From positions 1,430-65,429 of the forward strand of contig CANFST010000014.1 of the NCBI GenBank assembly GCA_947449695.1: a DNA stretch of 64,000 bases, written 5' to 3'. This DNA is from Chitinophagales bacterium (GTDB taxonomy: Bacteria > Bacteroidota > Bacteroidia > Chitinophagales > CAIODY01). Positions within the stretch are counted from its first letter, which is position 1. Each line of letters opens with the position of its first letter. The notes under the pieces are model-generated. The model searched no databases, was not told where the DNA came from, and was given only the letters and a program-made list of their open reading frames with translations. Below, piece after piece: positions 1 to 9,129 of this stretch. The position numbers and the translations under genes were made by a program.

Positions 1-1
1 C

Positions 2-763
2 ATGAACAAAATCATTTTTATCACAGGAGCTACATCAGGTTTTGGAAAAGCCATTGCTGAAAAATTTGCAGCAGGCGGTTACAACATCATCGCTTGTGGC
101 AGAAGAGTAGAGCGTTTGCAGGATTTGCAAAAAAATTTAGAAACAAAATTTGGCATCAAAGTTTTGATTTCTGCTTTTGATATTCAAAACAGAAAAGCCG
201 TAGAAACTGCTTTGGAAGACATTCCTACAGCATGGAGAGCGATTGATATTTTAGTCAACAATGCAGGATTAGCTGCTGGCTTGAGCGAAATTCAAACTGG
301 CAACATTGATGATTGGGAACAAATGATTGATACCAATTTGAAAGGGTTGTTGTATGTAACTCGAACCATTTCGCCTTGGATGATTGAACGCAAACAAGGT
401 CATATTTTCAACATCGGTTCCATTGCAGCCAAATATGTTTACCCTCGGGGAAATGTGTATTGTGCTACCAAACATGCGGTGGGCGCATTAAATGAAGCGA
501 TGCGAATTGATATGTTGCCATTCAATATTAAAGTTACAGCCATTCATCCAGGTGCTGCCGAAACAGAATTTTCATTAGTACGTTTCAAAGGTGATGAAGA
601 AAAAGCGAAATCAATTTATGCAGGATTTACGCCACTTTATGCTGAAAATATTGCAAACATTGCTTGGTTTTGCAGTCAGCAACCGGCTGCGGTTTGCATC
701 AATGATTTGGTGGTAACACCTGTTACACAAGCCGATTCACATTATTCAAGAAAGAGTAGTTAA
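2..763 (+). CDS. SDR-family NAD(P)-dependent oxidoreductase (YdfG-like)
   Basis: 253-aa ORF starting at the ATG at 2. It has TGATSGFGKAIA (TGxxxGxG), an NNAG motif and catalytic YCATK (YxxxK). Confidence 0.9.
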   Translation: MNKIIFITGATSGFGKAIAEKFAAGGYNIIACGRRVERLQDLQKNLETKFGIKVLISAFDIQNRKAVETALEDIPTAWRAIDILVNNAGLAAGLSEIQTGNIDDWEQMIDTNLKGLLYVTRTISPWMIERKQGHIFNIGSIAAKYVYPRGNVYCATKHAVGALNEAMRIDMLPFNIKVTAIHPGAAETEFSLVRFKGDEEKAKSIYAGFTPLYAENIANIAWFCSQQPAAVCINDLVVTPVTQADSHYSRKSS

Positions 764-764
764 G

Positions 765-1280
765 ATGATAATCGACATTCTTTTTTGCTTGTTTATTTTG
801 TACTGTTTTTACCGAGGCTACTCAAAAGGCTTGGTGATGGCAGTTTTTGGGTTGATTGGTTACATCGCTGCCATTTTAGCTACGATGTATTTTACCAAAC
901 AATTTATTCAGTGGGTCAATTGGAAAAGTGTTTATGCACCCATTGTTTGCTACATTTTATTATTCATTGCTGTGATCGCATTGTTTCGATTAATTGGGAA
1001 ATTGATTGAAAGTTTGTTGGAGTTAGCACAAATAAATTTCATCAACAAGTTGATAGGTGGTGCAATAGGAATGTTAGTTGGCTTAATAATTTTCAGCAGC
1101 ATCACTTGGTTGCTGATGCAAGTGAACATCATCAAACCTCCTGCTATGGCTGAATCGCAGGTTTTAAAATTCATTCAACCAGTCGGACATTTTGTGGTTG
1201 AAAATTTTGGAAAAATAATTCCACCAATAAAAACTTGGTGGATGGAATTGAGAAATTATCTCCAAAATTTGAGTAAATGA
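765..1280 (+). CDS. cvpA: CvpA-family small membrane protein
   Basis: 171 aa with four hydrophobic segments. The N-terminus MIIDILFCLFILYCFYRGYSKGLV is typical of the CvpA family. The ATG lies 1 nt after the SDR stop. Confidence 0.7.
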   Translation: MIIDILFCLFILYCFYRGYSKGLVMAVFGLIGYIAAILATMYFTKQFIQWVNWKSVYAPIVCYILLFIAVIALFRLIGKLIESLLELAQINFINKLIGGAIGMLVGLIIFSSITWLLMQVNIIKPPAMAESQVLKFIQPVGHFVVENFGKIIPPIKTWWMELRNYLQNLSK

Positions 1281-2156
1281 TTATAACACATTCAACAATT
1301 GCTCTTTAATTTTCTCCGCATCTTCTTTCATTTGAACTACTAATTTTTGCATAACAGCATCATTGGCTTTGCTGCCTGTGGTATTTATTTCACGAACCAT
1401 TTCCTGCGCAATAAAACCTAATTTTTTCCCTTTTGAAATATCTGCATTGTGCAATATTTCCTCAAAATAACTGCAGTGATTTTGCAAGCGAACACACTCT
1501 TCATTGATGTCTAATTTTTCAATGTAGTAAAGCAATTCTTGCTCTAATCGGTTTTTGTCTAATTGTTCATTGATGCCTAAATCATTTAGCTTTTTAAGCA
1601 ATTCTTCTTTTTGTTTTTCGTTACGAATTGGTGCAATTTTTTTTATTTCAGCTAAATTGGTTTGAATATTTTTTACACTATTCAATAAATCTTTTTTCAA
1701 TGATTCACCTTCTTGTTCACGGAAATTAGTGAGCTGCAAAGCCGCTTCATCTAAGGCTTTTAACACACCCTTTTTTTCTGTTTCTTCTAAAATGCTGCTA
1801 TTATTTTGCATGGCATCAGGCAATCGAATTAAAGCTGAAAGCAAATAATTTTTGTCAACAGCTGATTGCGGCGCAATATCATTTAATTCATTTAAAATTC
1901 GTTCTAAAAATGGTTTGTTAATTTGCAATTGCGACACACGAGTATCTTGCCGAGTGATTAAAACATTCACTGAACCACGAACCAACAATTCTTGTACACG
2001 GCTTCGGATAAGCATTTCAAGCTCATTATAAATTTGCGGTGATTTTAAAAACAAATCTAAATTCTTTCCATTAACCGATTTGATTTCAACTTGCACATTC
2101 AATCCTTCCATTTGAAATGTACCTCTACCAAAACCTGTGAGTGATAAAATTTTCAT
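1281..2156 (-). CDS. yicC: YicC/YloC-family stress-induced protein
   Basis: N-terminus MKILSLTGFGRG and C-terminal EINTTGSKAND motif. I chose the ATG at 2156; the ATG at 2201 would add 15 atypical residues. Confidence 0.85.
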   Translation of the reverse strand: MKILSLTGFGRGTFQMEGLNVQVEIKSVNGKNLDLFLKSPQIYNELEMLIRSRVQELLVRGSVNVLITRQDTRVSQLQINKPFLERILNELNDIAPQSAVDKNYLLSALIRLPDAMQNNSSILEETEKKGVLKALDEAALQLTNFREQEGESLKKDLLNSVKNIQTNLAEIKKIAPIRNEKQKEELLKKLNDLGINEQLDKNRLEQELLYYIEKLDINEECVRLQNHCSYFEEILHNADISKGKKLGFIAQEMVREINTTGSKANDAVMQKLVVQMKEDAEKIKEQLLNVL

Positions 2157-2230
2157 GTTGTAAATGTATAAAAATGATTGAAGCAATTTTTTCAATTGCA
2201 TTTGTACTTAAAATTTATTTATCAAAACAA

Positions 2231-2238
2231 TATTTTTG
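2231..2238 (+). promoter_or_regulatory. Candidate Bacteroidota sigma-A -7 box (TATTTTTG)
   Basis: Exact match to TAnnTTTG, 81 nt upstream of the first in-frame ATG (2319) of the sensor kinase. The motif is short, so a chance match is possible in A+T-rich DNA. Confidence 0.35.
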
Positions 2239-2318
2239 GAAAATATTCTTTAGGAAATAAAATCCTTTACATTTATAGCAACATTAAAAGCACTTTGGAG
2301 AAATCAAATCCCATCAAC

Positions 2319-5300
2319 ATGTTAGCTTCCGAAATTCAATCGTTGCTTAATCTTTCACTTCATTGGGTATGCGTATGTATGCCTTCAAAAGAAAATTTTG
2401 AAATCATTTTTCTAAATACAAAACTGATAGAAGATTTAAAAATTGATGAGCATGCATTTCTAAATCAATCTTTTGATAATATTTTTCCTTCGCTTGCTAA
2501 ACTGAATAGGGATTTAAAATTTGTTTTCAAAACCGGAAAAACCAAATTGGTTGATACTAATGAAACCGAAATTTTAAGCTTTGGAAATCTGATTTTTGAA
2601 ATTGAAATCAAAAAATATGATGAATTTTTGATTTTAGAAATGAGGAACAAAGCAGAACAAAAGAAATCAGAATTGGAATGGAAAGAAAAGGAACAAATGT
2701 TAGATGAATCGAATAGAATGTTGGATATGGCAGTTTGGACTTTGGATATGCAAACTGGCAAAATAACTTCTACTATTGATTTACAAAGCTTTTTTGAATT
2801 ACCTGCTGATAAAACAGAAATTGATTTGAATGATTATTACAAATTTTTAGTGAGTGATGATATTGAAAAATCAAAGGCAACATTTCAAGAAGCAATAAAA
2901 AAAGGCGTAACATTTAGTCACGAACGAAAAATGGTAACTTGCAAAGGGAATGAAAAATTTATTGAAGTTTCCTGCAAGCCAATTTTTGAAAATAGCAATT
3001 GTATAAAAGTAGTGGGAACAGTTCGTGATATTACTAACCGTAAAAAACAGGAACAAAAACTAATCGAATCTGAATTTCAGCTAAAAGAAAATGCAGCCAT
3101 GATTAAAGTGGCTCACGACCTTTTATCAATGGGCACTTATGCGCTCCACTTGAAGGAAAACCGAATAATAATTTCCGAAAAAATTACCGAAATTTTAGAC
3201 TTACCAATTTCAACAAAGGAAATTTCAGTTGCAGAATATGCCGACACGATTCAGTTTGAAAATAATCAAGAATCATTTGATTTGGTGATAAAAAATGTAC
3301 TCAAAAAAAATATGCCTTATCATTTGGAGCGAAAGATTAAAACAAAAAAAGGGAACATAAAATATGTTGAAAATACTGGTCAACCAATTTTTGAAAATAC
3401 TGGAGAAGTGAAATTTGTAGGCACTTTAAGAGATATTACAAAAAGAAAAGAAGAAGAAAACTTATTGAAAGAAACGCAGCGAAAATTGAATGAAAATGCT
3501 TTGTTGTTGCAACAAACTCATGAACGTTTGAAAATGGGGACTTATGAAATGGATGTAAACTCTGGAAAAATTGAAACAACTTTTAATCTTTCAAAATTTT
3601 TGGAATTAGCTAATAAAAGAACAGAATTTACAATTGATGAATTCTATGGTTTTGTAGATGAAGAAGAACGACATTCATCTAAACTAAATGTTCGACATGC
3701 AATTGCCAAGGGTTATTCCTACGTGAAAGAAAGAAAAATTATTACCGAGCCTGGCTCTATAAAGTATTTAGAAATTACAGGACAGCCTGTTTTTGAGAAT
3801 GGAAAGTGTGTTAAGTTGTTTGGCACTTTTAGGGATATATCTGAACGAAGAAAAGCTGAAATCAAATTGCAATTGTCTGATTTGAAAGTCAAAGAAAATG
3901 TTGAACGATTGATGACAGCGCATCGTTTGTTACGAACCGGAACCTGGAGTTTGAATTTAGAAAACAATCATCTTTCATTATCGGATGAAGTGTTAGAAAT
4001 AACTCAGCATAGAATTCCTAAAGAGTTACCATTGCTCGATTTCTTTAATTTTGTTCCTCAGCAATTTCAGGCAGGATACATGGAAACATTAATGCTATCG
4101 CTCAACACTTTTGTACCAGTAACAGAAGTAATGAAATTGCAATTTGATGATGGTACTCACATTTATGTAGATGTAATTGGACAATTTTCAGACAATAAAA
4201 AAACGCTCAACGGCACCTTCAGAGATATAACCGAAGAGCATGAAAAGGATTTGGCAATTGTGAAAAGCGAAGAGCGAATGAGAGAACTATTTGATGGTAC
4301 GCCTTCGATGTACTTTATAATGAATAGCGATGGCTTAATTGAGGATGTAAATCAATTTGGAAGCGATTATTTAGGCTTCCGAAAAGAAGAATTGATTGGT
4401 CACCATCATGATATTTTGTTTCATGCAGAAGATAAAGCAACTGTTTTAAAAAATTTAGAATTGTTAAAAAACTCTGCTGATAATTTTTTGCAATGGGAAG
4501 TTAGAAAAAGAAAAAAAACAGGTGAAATAATTTGGGTAAAAGAAACAGCCCGTTTATCAACTAATAAATCTGGCGAAAAAATATTTCTGATTGTATGTGA
4601 GGATATTACTAATGAAATTATCAACCGAACATTGGTAAGAAAAAAACAAGAAGAATTGATTTATGCAAAAGAGAAAGCCGAAGATGCAGCACGGGCTAAA
4701 CAACAATTTGCAAGTATAATGAGTCATGAAATAAGAACACCACTCAATGCAGTAATAGGCATGACCAATTTATTGTTAATGGAAAATCCTCGTGAAAATC
4801 AAATCAATGAATTAAATACGTTGAAGTTTTCCGCCGAAAATTTATTGTTGTTGGTAAATGATATTTTAGATTTTAGTAAAATTGAAGCAGGCAAAGTGGT
4901 GTTAGAAAAAATTGAATTTGAGCCACGTAAAATGATTCATAATTTAAAAAACAGTTATCAGTTTAAAGCAGATGAAAAAGGAATTTTTATCAACACTTTT
5001 ATTGATGAAGATATTCCAATGTATTTGTTTGCTGACACAACGAGACTTTCTCAAATATTGAACAATTTGGTCTCAAATGCCATAAAATTTACTGAAAAGG
5101 GAATTGTCGAAATTTCACTTCGGCAATTACCTCATTTAAATCATCAAGAATCAAAAATTCGTTTTGAAATTTCAGATACTGGGATTGGTATTCCAAAGGA
5201 AAAAATAAATACAATATTTGAAAGTTTTTCGCAAGCCAACACCGATACAACACGTAAATATGGAGGCTCTGGTTTAGGATTAACAATTACTCAAAAATTG

Positions 5301-5813
5301 ATTGAGCTACACAGAAGCAATATTTTTGTAGAGAGCGAAGTTGGCAAAGGCACTACATTTTATTTCGATTTGATACTCCCAATCGGACATATAAACAAAA
5401 ATGTAGATGAAGAACAATCAGTGTATGAAGAAAAGAAATTTGACTCTAAAAAAATCTTGCTAGTAGAAGATAATCCACTTAATCAAATTATTGCTTGTCG
5501 ATTTTTAGAAAAATGGGGAGTTGAAGTAGATATCGCTGACAATGGAATAAAGGCTTTAGAAATATTGAACAATAGGAATTATGATTTAATTTTAATGGAT
5601 ATACACATGCCCGAAATGAATGGTATTGAAGCTACAAAAATTATTAGAACACATGAAAATAAATTGTTGCATAACATTCCAATTATTGCCATCACAGCCG
5701 CTGCTATGGAAAACGACAAAGAAAAATTATTAAGCTATGGATTAAATGATTATGTAAGCAAGCCTTTTAATCCAGAAGATTTACAGAAAAAATTAGCCGA
5801 TTATTTGTCATGA
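2319..5813 (+). CDS. Hybrid sensor histidine kinase with five PAS modules, HisKA, HATPase and a C-terminal receiver
   Basis: H-box SHEIRTPLNAV, HATPase GGSGLGLTITQKL and receiver LLVEDNPLN...DLILMDIHMPEMNG. Four repeated units end in xGTxRDIT. The track start at 2178 is a TTG that overlaps yicC, so I start at ATG 2319. Confidence 0.9.
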   Translation: MLASEIQSLLNLSLHWVCVCMPSKENFEIIFLNTKLIEDLKIDEHAFLNQSFDNIFPSLAKLNRDLKFVFKTGKTKLVDTNETEILSFGNLIFEIEIKKYDEFLILEMRNKAEQKKSELEWKEKEQMLDESNRMLDMAVWTLDMQTGKITSTIDLQSFFELPADKTEIDLNDYYKFLVSDDIEKSKATFQEAIKKGVTFSHERKMVTCKGNEKFIEVSCKPIFENSNCIKVVGTVRDITNRKKQEQKLIESEFQLKENAAMIKVAHDLLSMGTYALHLKENRIIISEKITEILDLPISTKEISVAEYADTIQFENNQESFDLVIKNVLKKNMPYHLERKIKTKKGNIKYVENTGQPIFENTGEVKFVGTLRDITKRKEEENLLKETQRKLNENALLLQQTHERLKMGTYEMDVNSGKIETTFNLSKFLELANKRTEFTIDEFYGFVDEEERHSSKLNVRHAIAKGYSYVKERKIITEPGSIKYLEITGQPVFENGKCVKLFGTFRDISERRKAEIKLQLSDLKVKENVERLMTAHRLLRTGTWSLNLENNHLSLSDEVLEITQHRIPKELPLLDFFNFVPQQFQAGYMETLMLSLNTFVPVTEVMKLQFDDGTHIYVDVIGQFSDNKKTLNGTFRDITEEHEKDLAIVKSEERMRELFDGTPSMYFIMNSDGLIEDVNQFGSDYLGFRKEELIGHHHDILFHAEDKATVLKNLELLKNSADNFLQWEVRKRKKTGEIIWVKETARLSTNKSGEKIFLIVCEDITNEIINRTLVRKKQEELIYAKEKAEDAARAKQQFASIMSHEIRTPLNAVIGMTNLLLMENPRENQINELNTLKFSAENLLLLVNDILDFSKIEAGKVVLEKIEFEPRKMIHNLKNSYQFKADEKGIFINTFIDEDIPMYLFADTTRLSQILNNLVSNAIKFTEKGIVEISLRQLPHLNHQESKIRFEISDTGIGIPKEKINTIFESFSQANTDTTRKYGGSGLGLTITQKLIELHRSNIFVESEVGKGTTFYFDLILPIGHINKNVDEEQSVYEEKKFDSKKILLVEDNPLNQIIACRFLEKWGVEVDIADNGIKALEILNNRNYDLILMDIHMPEMNGIEATKIIRTHENKLLHNIPIIAITAAAMENDKEKLLSYGLNDYVSKPFNPEDLQKKLADYLS

Positions 5814-5886
5814 TTGCCAGTTGAAGTGTCACAAATGTTAAAATACGTCTGATCAAAATCATACCTAATTAATCATTACAAAAAAC

Positions 5887-5894
5887 TACTTTTG
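5887..5894 (+). promoter_or_regulatory. Candidate -7 box (TACTTTTG) for pdxH
   Basis: Exact TAnnTTTG ending 14 nt upstream of the pdxH ATG. Confidence 0.45.
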
Positions 5895-5908
5895 ATAAAA
5901 TTATTTCC

Positions 5909-6544
5909 ATGAATTTACACAACTTGCGAATTGAATATAAAAACCACTCTTTAAATAAAGATGAAGTTAATAAAAATCCTATTCATCAATTTCAAAAGTG
6001 GATGCAACAAGCTTTGGAAGCCAATATTGCAGATGCCAACGCATTTGCATTAGCCACTGTTGACGAAAACACTCGTCCGGCTGTAAGAATAGTTTTATTG
6101 AAAGAAGTGAATGATTATGGTTTTGTTTTTTTTACAAATTACCAAAGTAACAAAGGCAAACAAATAACCGAAAATCCTTTTGTATCAATTAATTTTCATT
6201 GGAAGGAGTTGGAACGACAAGTAAGGATTGAGGGCAAAGCCGAAAAAATATTAGATGAAGAAAGCGATGATTATTTTCAAAGCCGCCCACGTGAAAGCCA
6301 AATAGGAGCTTGGGCTTCACCACAATCAAGTATTATTCATAATCGCCCAGTATTGGATTCAAGAGTAGAATTTTTTACCGAAAAATTTAAAAACAAAACT
6401 ATCCCCCGACCACCACAATGGGGAGGTTATATTGTTAAGCCCGATACCATTGAATTTTGGCAAGGCAGAGCTTCCAGATTGCACGATAGATTACTATACC
6501 AATGGCATGATGGTCATTGGATTGTAGAACGATTAGCGCCTTAA
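5909..6544 (+). CDS. pdxH: Pyridoxamine/pyridoxine 5'-phosphate oxidase
   Basis: 211 aa with RIVLLKEV..GFVFFTNYQSNKG and C-terminal EFWQGRASRLHDR, both typical of PdxH. Confidence 0.95.
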   Translation: MNLHNLRIEYKNHSLNKDEVNKNPIHQFQKWMQQALEANIADANAFALATVDENTRPAVRIVLLKEVNDYGFVFFTNYQSNKGKQITENPFVSINFHWKELERQVRIEGKAEKILDEESDDYFQSRPRESQIGAWASPQSSIIHNRPVLDSRVEFFTEKFKNKTIPRPPQWGGYIVKPDTIEFWQGRASRLHDRLLYQWHDGHWIVERLAP

Positions 6545-6821
6545 TTCCTCTGTTTATTTAATAGGCTTAAAGCTATTGCTTTTAGCTTATCCTTTTTTCT
6601 CACTTTAGGTGTTTTTACTAATTAAAATGCGGCAATGAGCTGATATTTTGTTAAATCAATGCAACATTTCTTTGTGCCATGCAACATTTAGCTGGTTTAT
6701 GTCATCTATGTATAAGAAGCATTCATACAAAATCCTTTTAATTGTTGTGTAACTAAACTAAACAAAAAAAACACATCAAAATGCTGAAACAAATTTTATC
6801 ATCAAACCAAATTGTAAAACT

Positions 6822-7685
6822 ATGAGACAAATTAAAATTACCACACAAATTACCAATCGCGACAGTCAGTCGATTGAAAAGTATTTACATGAAATTTCAA
6901 AACTTGAAATGGTAACACCTGAACAGGAAGCCATTCTATCTCGAAAGATTAAAGAAGGTGATACAGAAGCCTTAGACAAATTAGTGAATGCTAATTTACG
7001 ATTCGTTGTGTCTGTTGCAAAACAATACCAACATCAGGGCTTACCACTGAGCGATTTAATTAATGAGGGAAATTTAGGATTAATTAAAGCTGCCCAACGT
7101 TTTGATGAAACAAAGGGCTTCAAATTTATTTCTTATGCAGTATGGTGGATTCGTCAATCCATTTTACAATCGTTGTTAGAACAAAGCAGACTGGTAAGGT
7201 TACCATTAAATAAAATTGGAAACTATTCAAAAATCAACAGAGCTATGTTGCAATTTGAACAAGAAAACGAACGTGAACCGCAGGTAGCCGAAATAGCAAA
7301 CATGTTAGAGATAAGCGAAAATGATGTAAACTCATTATTAAACGAAGGCAGTCGTAAACATATGAGTACTGATGCACCTCTAGCAGATGGTGAAGATTTA
7401 ACTTATGGTGATATGATGGCTGATAATGGCTTGCCTTCGCCAGATAAATCATTATTGCAAGAATCATTACAAAGCGAAATAAAAAGTGTATTATCTACCT
7501 TACCAACTCGTGAAGCTGGCATTGTAGCTTATTTTTTTGGATTAAATGGTCAAGCTCTTTCATTAGATGAAATTGCCGAAAAAGAGCATCTGACTCGTGA
7601 AAGAGTGCGCCAGATAAAAGAAAAGGCAATTAAAAAATTACGTCGCGATTCATTTAGCAGAACATTAAAAACGTACTTGGATTAA
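6822..7685 (+). CDS. rpoD: Primary RNA polymerase sigma-70 factor (Bacteroidota short RpoD type)
   Basis: 287 aa with region 2 LINEGNLGLIKAAQRFD and YAVWWIRQSI, and a region 4 helix-turn-helix LSLDEIAEKEHLTRERVRQI. Confidence 0.95.
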   Translation: MRQIKITTQITNRDSQSIEKYLHEISKLEMVTPEQEAILSRKIKEGDTEALDKLVNANLRFVVSVAKQYQHQGLPLSDLINEGNLGLIKAAQRFDETKGFKFISYAVWWIRQSILQSLLEQSRLVRLPLNKIGNYSKINRAMLQFEQENEREPQVAEIANMLEISENDVNSLLNEGSRKHMSTDAPLADGEDLTYGDMMADNGLPSPDKSLLQESLQSEIKSVLSTLPTREAGIVAYFFGLNGQALSLDEIAEKEHLTRERVRQIKEKAIKKLRRDSFSRTLKTYLD

Positions 7686-7712
7686 TTTTTATCATGGTTT
7701 ATTTTTAATTTT

Positions 7713-7770
7713 AAAAGCGGAAAACAAATTCTATTGCAGAAAATTGTTTTCCGCTTTTTTATTTTTTTTG
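7713..7770 (+). terminator. Rho-independent terminator after rpoD
   Basis: An 11-bp stem (GCGGAAAACAA / TTGTTTTCCGC) followed by a long T-run. Confidence 0.8.
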
Positions 7771-7771
7771 T

Positions 7772-7779
7772 TACATTTG
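7772..7779 (+). promoter_or_regulatory. Candidate -7 box (TACATTTG)
   Basis: Exact TAnnTTTG ending 22 nt upstream of the ATG at 7802. Confidence 0.45.
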
Positions 7780-7801
7780 GAACAACAAAATTTTATATAA
7801 A

Positions 7802-8476
7802 ATGAAAAAAATATCTACACTTTTTTTAATCGTATTTTCTTTTATCATGGTTGCAAAAGCGCAACTTTTTACTGTTACTAGTATTTCTCCAACATCGGCT
7901 GCTCCTGGAGCAAATGTAACAATGACTATAACCGGAGGAGCTGGCGTAACTTTTAATACTACAGCAGCAGGATGTAATTGTTCAAGTAAATGTGTTGCTG
8001 TTAATACCGGAACATTTTACGGCGTAGCTATGGCATCTGGAACTAATGTAATCAGTACTACTTATAATTTAAGTGTGGTAAGTGGTGGGAATACATGCAC
8101 AGTAAATTTTACCGTTCCTCCAACTCAAGCAGCAGGAGTTTATAATTTTTCCTTTACAGGATTAAACACATGTGCTGCGATTTTGACAAATGCATTTACA
8201 GTAACAGGTGGTACAACTGGTATTTCATCTATTGAAAATTCCAATTTTAATATTTTCCCAAATCCATCAAAAGGAATTTTTGATGTACAATTGAATAATT
8301 TTACTGCTACAAATTATGCTGATGTATTTGATTTGTTGGGCAGAAAAGTAGAATCATTTACTTTGACTTCTGAGAAAACACAAATTGACGCAAGCCGCTT
8401 CGGCAAAGGTGTTTACTTTATCTGTGTAAGAAACGAAAACGGGATTATCGGACGTCAGAAGTTAGTAATTGAATAA
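7802..8476 (+). CDS. Secreted protein with IPT/Ig-like repeat and T9SS C-terminal sorting domain
   Basis: Signal peptide MKKISTLFLIVFSFIMVAKAQ. The C-terminal ~80 aa (FNIFPNPSKGIFDVQL ... GVYFICVRNENGIIGRQKLVIE) match the T9SS type A sorting-domain pattern. Confidence 0.7.
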   Translation: MKKISTLFLIVFSFIMVAKAQLFTVTSISPTSAAPGANVTMTITGGAGVTFNTTAAGCNCSSKCVAVNTGTFYGVAMASGTNVISTTYNLSVVSGGNTCTVNFTVPPTQAAGVYNFSFTGLNTCAAILTNAFTVTGGTTGISSIENSNFNIFPNPSKGIFDVQLNNFTATNYADVFDLLGRKVESFTLTSEKTQIDASRFGKGVYFICVRNENGIIGRQKLVIE

Positions 8477-8496
8477 ATGATTTCTTTATATAAATT

Positions 8497-8536
8497 AAAA
8501 AAGCCTGTACAGCTGATTAGCTGTACAGGCTTTTTT
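8497..8536. terminator. Bidirectional rho-independent terminator between convergent genes
   Basis: A 12-bp perfect stem (AGCCTGTACAGC / GCTGTACAGGCT) flanked by an A-run on the left and a T-run on the right. Confidence 0.85.
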
Positions 8537-8559
8537 AATTTTGATCATTTTTTATTGAA

Positions 8560-9051
8560 TTATTTTTGTTGTAACAATTCTTTCAATTTGTCTTTCAAAA
8601 TAAATTCATCACCTTCTACATATCCTTGATGCGTATAAACTATTTTTCCATTTTGGTCAAACACAATGGTATAGGGAACGCTGGGGAAATTTAATTTTTG
8701 TTTCAAATCTTGATTAGGGTCAATCAAAGTTGGAAAATCCCATTTCATGGTGTTAACATATGATTTCACTTTTGCAATATTTCGTGTGTCATCAATTGAA
8801 ACAGTTACAAAATCAAAATCCATATTTTTTTTCCACTCGGGCATCACTTCGCTGATGTTGTTGATTTCCTTTTTGCAAGGAACACACCATGTAGCCCAAA
8901 AACTTACCACAGTAATTCTTCCTTTTTTGATAACATCGGAAAAATTTACACTTTCACCTTTTACATTTTTCACCAAAACATTTGGTACATCTTGCGCTTT
9001 TGTTGCAAAAGCAGCAACTAATAACATTACAACTACGATTATTTTTTTCAT
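8560..9051 (-). CDS. TlpA-like thiol:disulfide oxidoreductase (thioredoxin fold), secreted
   Basis: Signal peptide plus the active site FWATWCVPCKKE (WCxxC). Confidence 0.85.
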   Translation of the reverse strand: MKKIIVVVMLLVAAFATKAQDVPNVLVKNVKGESVNFSDVIKKGRITVVSFWATWCVPCKKEINNISEVMPEWKKNMDFDFVTVSIDDTRNIAKVKSYVNTMKWDFPTLIDPNQDLKQKLNFPSVPYTIVFDQNGKIVYTHQGYVEGDEFILKDKLKELLQQK

Positions 9052-9129
9052 TTTAAAATTTTATTTTCAATTTGTTTATCCAAATTCGATACCAAACTAC
9101 ATTCTTTTAGGAAAACAAAAAAAATATTT

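Noticed and set aside
2178-2318. Upstream extension of the sensor kinase ORF (TTG at 2178). Similar TTG/GTG-initiated extensions occur at 17946, 30749, 33712, 36552, 45085, 46583, 46686 and 60912.
   Set aside because: The extensions overlap divergent genes, promoter boxes or a terminator hairpin, and they encode atypical residues. An ATG shortly downstream restores a family-typical N-terminus in each case.
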